DNA of 24,856 bases from positions 1-24,856 of the forward strand of contig USOJ01000001.1 in assembly GCA_900556195.1 (NCBI GenBank), written 5' to 3'. The translations under genes were made by a program, and so were the position numbers. Each line of letters starts with the position of its first letter. Position 1 is the first letter of the stretch. Below, piece by piece: positions 9,110 through 16,712 of this stretch. The notes beneath the pieces are model-generated. The model had not been told where the DNA came from. It saw only the letters and a program-made list of their open reading frames with translations, and did not search any database. The DNA comes from an uncultured Eubacteriales bacterium. GTDB taxonomy: Bacteria; Bacillota; Clostridia; Christensenellales; Borkfalkiaceae.

Positions 9110-9157
9110 GCAAATACGCTTTCCGCCGCGATATTTCGTTTAGGAAAGCGTACCTGC
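9110..9157 (-). other. Intergenic stem-loop (putative mRNA stabiliser or partial terminator)
   Basis: On the minus-strand transcript GCAGGUACGCUUUCC pairs with GGAAAGCGUAUUUGC (15 bp including two G-U pairs that form only on this strand). No U-tract follows. Confidence 0.55.
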
Positions 9158-9176
9158 CTTTAATTTTTAGTCTTTA

Positions 9177-12100
9177 TTATGCCCACAAAGCAACGTTGCC
9201 TTGCTCGTCATAATGCCAGCAACCCGATTTTTGGGTTTTACTGTAATAGTAAACGGTTCTCGTGAGTAAGTCGTTTTGGTCGGGATTCAAAACTATATTA
9301 CTTTCTTCCTCGCTTCCTTCGACGTAGATATCCGTGCATGCTGTAATATTGTCATTGCCCCAAATCTTAAACATTTGCGGATCACAGTTGAAATTCTTAC
9401 CGACGATTACTACTTTAAGTTTGCCGCAGTTCATGAAGTTATTCGATGAATAACATTCACCCGTATAAATTTTTTGGTTACTAAGATTGAGCAATGCAAG
9501 ATTTGCAACGCCCTTCATCGAAACGTATTCGAGATTGGAACACCCGTTGAAAACTTCGCCGTCAAGAGTGGTTATGTTTTCGTGGAAGATTACTTTTTTA
9601 ATATAGGGATTTCCGCTAAACGCTCCGTTTTTAACGAAAGTTACGTTTGCATTGCCGTTCTCTCCGTCATTCCATTCTCCGAACACGTTGACGGTTTCGG
9701 CAGTTCCCGTATACTTAGAGACGTAGTAAGTTCCGTTATAAAACTTATATTCAACGCCCATTGCGTCTTTTTCGCCGCAGGCGCAAATTCCGTTTACGAA
9801 ATGATGCGCGGTTCCCCCGTGTTCAATCGTTATGCCGTCGCTGCCGAAGTTCCATTGCAAGCACTTGCTCGCGTCGCCTTTGTAATAAATATTACCGGTG
9901 AGCAAATTGTTGCCATCGCTTCTCGCACAGTTTACGCTACTCTCCGCTTTGCTTCCGTCTACGAAGATGTCTGCCGTACCGTTTTCCCTACCATGGAATT
10001 GTATGGCATCGGTAGTCGTGTAGTACAAATTGAAGTTTTTATTTACTATAACGTATTTCAATTTTGCGCAGAACGTGAAGTTGTTGGTAGTATCGTAGTT
10101 CTGGACATAATATCTTGATTGCCCGCCAACGAATGGCATATTTACGATGCCTGTCATCGAAACGTACTCGAGATTCGGACAATTCATAAACACTCCGCCG
10201 TCCAAAAGCGTTACGCTTTCGGGTAATATAACTTTGGTTATATAGGGGTTTTCCATAAACGCGCAATTCCTTACGTACGTTACGCCGTTTTCGCCGTGTA
10301 TACCGTCGTTATATTTATCCAAAATCGTTAATTCGGAAACGTTTAACGTTCTATTTAATCCGACGTAGTAGCAACCTTCTTCTCTGTCGTATTCGTAAAC
10401 GACGCCTTGCGTGAGTTCGTCGCTATATTTGCCGCAAACTTTACATTTGCCGTTTTCGAAATCGTGTTCGGACGCGCCGTGAATCACGTTGCCGTTTTCA
10501 TCGAAATTCCACTGCATGCATTTAGTCGCGTCGCCCTTGTAGAATACGTTACCCGTCCACAAATTGTTGTTACCTTCAAGATTCGGCGCGCCTGCCGATG
10601 CGTTTACGTAGAATTCAAGAACCGCGCCGTCGATTCTGGATATATCACCCTTACCGTTGGTAAATTGTTGGGTATTAGTGTAAAAATCGGAAGCGATTAT
10701 TACGGTGGTCAATTTATAACATTGCAAGAAGTTATTATTGCAGTCTTTCTTTCCGTCGGGTCTGCCGTCTACCGCATAAATAAGCGATTTTACACCGGGC
10801 ATATAGACGTAAACAAGATTCGAACATCCTGCAAAAGAACTTCCGCCTAAATCCGTTACGCTTTCCGGCAAAATAACTTTAACGATATTCGTCTTACCTG
10901 CAAACGCGCTATGAGCGACGTAAGTTACCGCTTTTTCGCCGTGTTCGCCGTCGTTATACGCGGGAAGAATTACCAATTCGGTAACGCTGTCCGCGCAACC
11001 CGTAACGTAATATTCGCCTTTATCTGCGCCGTAAGCGTAAGTTACGCCCGCAGTGTTATACGCGTCGCCTTTTACACATTTTCCGTTTTCGTTATATTTG
11101 TGGTTTTTGATAAACGTCTTGATTTCGCTCGTCGCGCCGATATAGTTTTCGCCTGCGGCAACTACCGCTTTAACGTAATATAATTTTTCGGGTGCGAAAA
11201 CGGTTTCGCTCGTTATTTCTTTATACTCGCCGTCTTCGGCTTCGGCGTAGAAATATTTCGCTTCGCCGTGTTTTGCCGTAGCGTTTATATCGGGCGTTTC
11301 GTCGCAGTTTAACTCGGCGGTTACGGTGAACTCCGTAATTTCGTTATAAAGTACGACCGTAACGGAACAAGTAGCGTTCGTGAGTTCGTAGTTGGTATCT
11401 TCGGTAGTTGCGGTAAACGTGAACGTACCCGCTTTATCAAGCGTTTCGCCGCTTACGGTAAGGGCTACTTCTTCACCCTTTACGTTAGTCATCACGGCGG
11501 TAGGAGCGATCAAAGCGGTATCGTTATAAACGTAACTATCGGCTGTCGTCCACACGACTTCGACGGATTTTTTACCGATATTGAAATCGAAACTCAAATC
11601 GGCGGTCGTATCGTCTGCCCAACTTACGTTCGCTTTGTCTTTAAGCGCGACCGCAACTTTATAATTGCCCGCGTTAGTCTGCTTGTCGTTACTTACCGTA
11701 TAACGGTCGTTCGCCGCCACGTTATAAGTTTGCTCGTTTCCGCTATAAGTGAATACCGTAGTATCGGCAACGGGTTTGGCTATTTTCAACTTCGAAATAG
11801 TAACGTTTACGGACAAAATTTCGTTTTCGAAATCGTTATGGTTACTATCGCCGACGATTCTGTAATAAACCTTGTAAGAACCTGCGTTTATAGCGGTGGG
11901 GATATTTGCGCTCCACGCACCGTCTTTGCCGAGTTTATATTCGATAGTTCCGTCGTCGGTGGTTGCCGCGTTGACGAGTTCTTGCGCCGCACCGTTATAA
12001 GTGAGTTCTTTTTCGGCGGCAGCGGTTTTAACCGTCGAATCTGCTTTCGCTATCGTGAATTTAAGAGTTTGGGTCGCGCCCGCGTAGTTTTTCGTTTCCG

Positions 12101-13091
12101 CAACGGTAGCCTTTACCCAATAATCGCCCGCATCGATGGGCACGGTTTCGCTATAAGTTCCGTTTTCGCTCGTCGCATACGTGAACGTAGCCGTACCGAA
12201 TTTCGCCGTAGCGGTCGGTTCGTTAGCCGTTTCGCCGTAAGTCCAGCCCGCAAGAACCATACCCGTGATTTCGTTGGTCGCCTGAGCGATGGTTACCGAA
12301 ATTTCGGTTTCGGCGGTATCGCTATGCGATTCGTCGCCGACTACTTTGTAATATACTTTATAATCGCCTGCGTCGGTCGCCGCGGGAATAGTCGTACCCC
12401 ATTCGCCGTCGCCGAGTTTATAGTTGAGCGTTCCACCGTTTGCCGCGCCTGCCGTAACGAGTTCCTGCGCGTTTCTGTTATAAACGAGTTCCGTTTTCGC
12501 CGCAGGAGCGGTCGTAACCGTTGCAGCCGCTTTCTTTATTTCGAATTGTGCGGTTTTAATCGCTCCGTCGTAGTTCGTCGTACCTTCTACGGTCGCTTTT
12601 ACCCAATACTTACCTACCGCGGTAGGAACGGTCGCCGTATACTCGCCGTTTTCGCTCGTCGCGTACGTGAACTCGGGCGTTCCGAATTTCGCCATCGCGG
12701 TCGGTGTCTTCGGCGTTTCGCCGTAAGCCCAGTCGTCAAGGGTCAAAACCGTTATTTCGTTAGTCGCTTTCGTTATGGTAAATTTAAGCGTAACTTTGGT
12801 TTTGTCGTCCGCGTCGGGAGTGGTCCACTCGTACTTCTTCGTATCCGTAAGCGTAAGAACCACGTCGTATTCGCCGACGTTCGTTCCGCCCTCGTTTACG
12901 GTTAATTCGTAAGCCTCGTTTTCGACTACCGTCGCTTTCTGATTACTGCCCGTATACTCTTTTGAAGATATTACGGGAGAATCGAGTTTCGTCTTCTTCG
13001 GCTCTTCGGTTTTCTTACACGCGGTTATTACGCCGAGCGAAAGAGAAACGCACAACACAGCCATAAGAACTTTGATTGTTTTTCTCATCAT
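9177..13091 (-). CDS. Large surface lipoprotein: ~8 Ig/MBG-like stalk domains plus 3 BspA-like LRR modules (1304 aa)
   Basis: Lipobox ITAC and RBS AAGGAG. Thr/Ala-rich ~80-aa beta repeats (YGETP..PTA.AKFG, YN..AQELV, AG.YKVYY). Three modules with AF.G...I.KVI.PE....L.G..F..C.NL.YV.M. Confidence 0.8.
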   Translation of the reverse strand: MMRKTIKVLMAVLCVSLSLGVITACKKTEEPKKTKLDSPVISSKEYTGSNQKATVVENEAYELTVNEGGTNVGEYDVVLTLTDTKKYEWTTPDADDKTKVTLKFTITKATNEITVLTLDDWAYGETPKTPTAMAKFGTPEFTYATSENGEYTATVPTAVGKYWVKATVEGTTNYDGAIKTAQFEIKKAAATVTTAPAAKTELVYNRNAQELVTAGAANGGTLNYKLGDGEWGTTIPAATDAGDYKVYYKVVGDESHSDTAETEISVTIAQATNEITGMVLAGWTYGETANEPTATAKFGTATFTYATSENGTYSETVPIDAGDYWVKATVAETKNYAGATQTLKFTIAKADSTVKTAAAEKELTYNGAAQELVNAATTDDGTIEYKLGKDGAWSANIPTAINAGSYKVYYRIVGDSNHNDFENEILSVNVTISKLKIAKPVADTTVFTYSGNEQTYNVAANDRYTVSNDKQTNAGNYKVAVALKDKANVSWADDTTADLSFDFNIGKKSVEVVWTTADSYVYNDTALIAPTAVMTNVKGEEVALTVSGETLDKAGTFTFTATTEDTNYELTNATCSVTVVLYNEITEFTVTAELNCDETPDINATAKHGEAKYFYAEAEDGEYKEITSETVFAPEKLYYVKAVVAAGENYIGATSEIKTFIKNHKYNENGKCVKGDAYNTAGVTYAYGADKGEYYVTGCADSVTELVILPAYNDGEHGEKAVTYVAHSAFAGKTNIVKVILPESVTDLGGSSFAGCSNLVYVYMPGVKSLIYAVDGRPDGKKDCNNNFLQCYKLTTVIIASDFYTNTQQFTNGKGDISRIDGAVLEFYVNASAGAPNLEGNNNLWTGNVFYKGDATKCMQWNFDENGNVIHGASEHDFENGKCKVCGKYSDELTQGVVYEYDREEGCYYVGLNRTLNVSELTILDKYNDGIHGENGVTYVRNCAFMENPYITKVILPESVTLLDGGVFMNCPNLEYVSMTGIVNMPFVGGQSRYYVQNYDTTNNFTFCAKLKYVIVNKNFNLYYTTTDAIQFHGRENGTADIFVDGSKAESSVNCARSDGNNLLTGNIYYKGDASKCLQWNFGSDGITIEHGGTAHHFVNGICACGEKDAMGVEYKFYNGTYYVSKYTGTAETVNVFGEWNDGENGNANVTFVKNGAFSGNPYIKKVIFHENITTLDGEVFNGCSNLEYVSMKGVANLALLNLSNQKIYTGECYSSNNFMNCGKLKVVIVGKNFNCDPQMFKIWGNDNITACTDIYVEGSEEESNIVLNPDQNDLLTRTVYYYSKTQKSGCWHYDEQGNVALWA
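11790..12767 (-). repeat. Intragenic tandem duplication of a two-domain (A-B) unit, period 486 bp / 162 aa
   Basis: ATNEIT starts at aa109 (12767) and again at aa271 (12281). Both copies share FTYATSENG, YWVKATV, AQELV, YKLG and YKVYY. Confidence 0.75.
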
Positions 13092-13116
13092 CTCTGCTCC
13101 TTAATATTATTTATTT

Positions 13117-16089
13117 TCACGCCCAGAGCGTTGCCACTCCGTCGACGTAATGCCAACAACCCGATTTTTCGGTTTCGCTGTAATAATAGACGTTACCGGA
13201 CGGAAGATTGTTCCAGTCCGCCATATCCGTATTCAAGACAGGCGCTCCGCTTTCGCCGAAAACGTAGAAGTCGAGTATCTGCTCGTTTCTCGTATCGCTT
13301 GCGCCGCAACCGAACTGCCCTACGTTCGTCGTAAACGCGTTGCTTACGACTACGATTTTAAGTTTGAAACACTCTCTGAAATTGTTGTTTCTTCCCGATC
13401 CGCCGTAAGGACTTGTGTAATCGAGATTCGTTACGCCTTTCATAGAAACGTATTCGAGATTGGAACAACCCCAGAATACGCTGCCTTCGAGGCTTACGAT
13501 ATTGTCGTCGAGAATAACTCTTCTTATTTCGGTTTTATCTCTGAATGCTCCGCCGGCGATATATTTGACGTCGGCTTCGCCGTTTTTACCGTCGTTCCAC
13601 CTACCGAATACGCGGACGGTTTCGCCGTTTCCGCTGTACCCGCTTACGTAATAAACGCCGTAAGTCGCGCTGTATTGATAGATAACGCCCGCCGCGTCCT
13701 TTTCGCCGCAGACCGCGCAAACGCCGTCGACGAAGTCGTGATCCCTTGCGGAAGTTTCTATAACGCCGTCGTCGTCTATCCATCTTCTGCAAACGTCGAG
13801 ATTGCCTTTATAGAAGATTATACCGCTTAACATGTTATTGCTTCCGTTGGGCGAAGCGTTTATCGCGCTTTCTTCGTAAGAACCCATAGAATAGATATCG
13901 AGACGAGCAGATTTGCTCGTATCTCTCGCAAGGAATTGTTGAGCGTTCGATTCGGTGTAAAGATTGAAGTTTTTATTTACGATAATCGTAGTCAGACTGT
14001 AACAGTCGAGGAAGTTATTGTTACTTTCGACGCCCTCGCCGTAGAAAATCTCATTGCTCAGATTTTTGAAGATCATATCGGTTATACCGATCATCGAAAC
14101 GTATTCGAGATTTTTACAGAGTTGGAATACGCCGCCGTCGAGCCTCGTTACGCTTTCGGGCAAAGTAACTCTTTTTATAGTCGGGTTACCGGCGAACGCG
14201 CCGTTTTTAACGAACGTTACGGGGTGAGTTCCGTGTATGCCGTCGGTATATTCTGCTAATATCGTAACGTCGGTTAAATTGAGCGTATTGTTATCCGAAA
14301 CGTAATAGGTCTTAACCTGATTGCCGTCTAAATCTTCGCCTTCGTAGTAGCCGTAGTTCACGCCGAAATCGTTCATCGCGCCGCACTTTTTACATTTGTT
14401 TTTATTATTGTAAACGTGCTTGCCGCCCGTAACTACGGTTATTCCGTCCGCCGCGAAATGCCATTTATAGCAGCCCTCGTCCGTTTCGTCGTAGTAGAAT
14501 ACTTCGCCCGTAAGCAGGGTGTTGTTGCCCCAGCCGAGGTCGTAACCTATGGGATAACTGTCGTTGCAGAGTTTTGTTATTTTCTTGCCGTAAACGTATA
14601 TATCCGTCTTATCGGCGGCGTTATCGGGGGTATTTACCCAGCGCATGAACGTCGCGCCGTAGTTATCGAAGTCTTCGTGAACGATAACCTGCGTCAGGTT
14701 ATAACAATCCCTGAAATTCCAGTGCGAATAGGAAGCGTCGGCTACGTCGCGCAAGACGGTAACGCCCTTCATCGAAACGAATTCGAGATTGGTACAGTTA
14801 TCGAAAACCGTTCCGCGGAGCGGACTGCTTACCATAACGCCGTTTTTATTCGTCTTGTTGTATCGGTTATCTTTATCGACGAATTCGGTCATGCTTTCGG
14901 GCAGGAAAACTCTCTTTATCGTTTTATTTGCCGCAAACGCGCCGTAACCCATATATTTAACGGGTCTCTCGCCGTGTTCGCCGTCGTCGTATTTGGCCAG
15001 AATATAGAGGTCTTCGCTGTCGAAACCCGCGTCCGCGCCGACTACGAAATAGCAATCGTTCTTTTCGTCGTAACGGTACGCGACGTTTTTAGTCTGCTGC
15101 ATGCCGCAAACGCTGCACGCGCCGTCTACCATATTATGGTCGTCAAGATAATTTTCGTCGGTGTATTCTTTATCGCAAACCGAGCATCTGAATTTTACTT
15201 TGCCCGCCTTTACGCAGGTGTATTCTTCGATTACGGAAGGTTGATATTCGTGCGAAAATTCGACCGAAGCGGGAAGCCCGTCGATATAGTCGTAATCGGT
15301 TTCGCCCGCCAGAGCCTTAACCGCGAAAATCGCTTCGTCTTTATATTTAAGGTTATTCGTTACGCTTTCGGCGTTAAACGAAGTTTCGGTCGTCTTCATC
15401 CACTCGCCGCCGTTTACGCTGTATGCGTACCCGCTTGCGTGGTCTACCGCGTTCCATTTAACCGTTACGCAGTTTTCGACCGAGATTTCGGGGTTCGCAA
15501 GAGTTTCAGCCGACAGATTTACGGCTTTTATTTTACATTCGGCTTTCATTGCGCCGCAGGTAACCATTATAACATAGTTTCCCGTAGCCGTCAACGAAAA
15601 CGTAGCCTCGTTGACGCCGCTTACGCTCAGAATTACGCCGCTTGCGGAGCCTTTATCGAAAGTAACTTCGTTATCCGTAACCTTTCCGCCCGAAATAACT
15701 TCGGCTTTCAACGTTACGTCGCTGCCCGCGGACGCGGTGATTTCGGTCGAGTTAAGCCTTATATAGTTTTCGGCTTTTATTACGTTTACCTTACATGTAA
15801 GGCTTTGCTTCCCCGCCGAAACGTCGATAAACGCCGTGCCGTCTTTAAGCGCGGTAAGTAGGCCTTCGTCCGATACGGTCGCTACGCTTTCGTCCGAAGA
15901 GGAATATTCGAAACTCTTTGCGCCCGTCGGCTTGAAATTGTAGGTTTCGCCTACGTATACCGTGATTTCTCTGTCTACCAAAGAAATTTCGGCAGTCGTT
16001 TTTTTGGTCGTATTATTCGCCGTACTCGCGCACGCCGCCAAAGACAGGCAGCAGACGAGCGACAACAAAAATATCCAGAACTTTTTCAT
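13117..16089 (-). CDS. Surface lipoprotein: Big_2 Ig-like domains, Cys/His-rich linker and 3 BspA-like LRR modules (990 aa)
   Basis: Lipobox LAAC. Big_2 motif YSSSDESVATVSDEGLLTALKDGTAFI. H..TC...G.....CSVC linker. Three LRR modules homologous to those of the 1304-aa protein. Confidence 0.8.
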   Translation of the reverse strand: MKKFWIFLLSLVCCLSLAACASTANNTTKKTTAEISLVDREITVYVGETYNFKPTGAKSFEYSSSDESVATVSDEGLLTALKDGTAFIDVSAGKQSLTCKVNVIKAENYIRLNSTEITASAGSDVTLKAEVISGGKVTDNEVTFDKGSASGVILSVSGVNEATFSLTATGNYVIMVTCGAMKAECKIKAVNLSAETLANPEISVENCVTVKWNAVDHASGYAYSVNGGEWMKTTETSFNAESVTNNLKYKDEAIFAVKALAGETDYDYIDGLPASVEFSHEYQPSVIEEYTCVKAGKVKFRCSVCDKEYTDENYLDDHNMVDGACSVCGMQQTKNVAYRYDEKNDCYFVVGADAGFDSEDLYILAKYDDGEHGERPVKYMGYGAFAANKTIKRVFLPESMTEFVDKDNRYNKTNKNGVMVSSPLRGTVFDNCTNLEFVSMKGVTVLRDVADASYSHWNFRDCYNLTQVIVHEDFDNYGATFMRWVNTPDNAADKTDIYVYGKKITKLCNDSYPIGYDLGWGNNTLLTGEVFYYDETDEGCYKWHFAADGITVVTGGKHVYNNKNKCKKCGAMNDFGVNYGYYEGEDLDGNQVKTYYVSDNNTLNLTDVTILAEYTDGIHGTHPVTFVKNGAFAGNPTIKRVTLPESVTRLDGGVFQLCKNLEYVSMIGITDMIFKNLSNEIFYGEGVESNNNFLDCYSLTTIIVNKNFNLYTESNAQQFLARDTSKSARLDIYSMGSYEESAINASPNGSNNMLSGIIFYKGNLDVCRRWIDDDGVIETSARDHDFVDGVCAVCGEKDAAGVIYQYSATYGVYYVSGYSGNGETVRVFGRWNDGKNGEADVKYIAGGAFRDKTEIRRVILDDNIVSLEGSVFWGCSNLEYVSMKGVTNLDYTSPYGGSGRNNNFRECFKLKIVVVSNAFTTNVGQFGCGASDTRNEQILDFYVFGESGAPVLNTDMADWNNLPSGNVYYYSETEKSGCWHYVDGVATLWA

Positions 16090-16100
16090 ATTTGCCCCCG

Positions 16101-16712
16101 TTACGCAATGCTATCCGTTACTTTTACGGTTACGACGGCGTATACGCCCGCGTATTCCGCTTTGACCGTGTATTCGCCCGTCGCCGAGAAAGTAACGCGA
16201 GCCGTATTTTTGTCGATGATCGTCGCCGCCGTCGGCGTTACCGTAAATTTAACCGTAAGGTTTGATTTTTCGCCGCCCCTGTAAACGGTCGCGACGAAGT
16301 CGAGCGACGCGCCTTTAATCGCGGTTATCGTCGTATCGCGGTCGATTTCGACCCTGTATTCGTATTTAACGACGGTAACTTTGCACATTTTTTCCGCCCC
16401 TTCGACGCCGTCGGCTTTGGCGGTGATATACGCCACGCCCGCGTTTACCGCGGTTACCGTTCCGTCTGCCGCGACGGTGGCGATATTATCGTCGGAACTA
16501 GAAAAAACGATTTTCTTATCGCCGTAGCGACATTCGAGTTTTTCGCTTTGCCACGATTCGAGCGTCATTTCGGTCTTGCTTATCGCAAAACTGTACGTCG
16601 TTTTCGGGTCGGCGTTTTTCGCTTCGTCTTTTTTGCAGGCGGTTAAACAACATACGCCGATCGTCGCGATTATCGCGAGTATAAAACCGATAATTTTCTT
16701 CATTTTAACCAT
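16101..16712 (-). CDS. Small lipoprotein with Big_2/Ig-like domains (203 aa; start may be 16703)
   Basis: Lipobox LTAC. FSSSDDNIATVAADGTVTAVNAGVAYITAK is a Big_2 signature. Confidence 0.8.
   Translation of the reverse strand: MVKMKKIIGFILAIIATIGVCCLTACKKDEAKNADPKTTYSFAISKTEMTLESWQSEKLECRYGDKKIVFSSSDDNIATVAADGTVTAVNAGVAYITAKADGVEGAEKMCKVTVVKYEYRVEIDRDTTITAIKGASLDFVATVYRGGEKSNLTVKFTVTPTAATIIDKNTARVTFSATGEYTVKAEYAGVYAVVTVKVTDSIA

Noticed and set aside
9507..14796. Recurrent ~30-36 bp sequence considered as a CRISPR repeat or DGR template/variable repeat
   Set aside because: Copies are hundreds to thousands of bp apart, in frame within coding modules. There are no cas genes or reverse transcriptase, and no adenine-specific mismatch pattern is evident.
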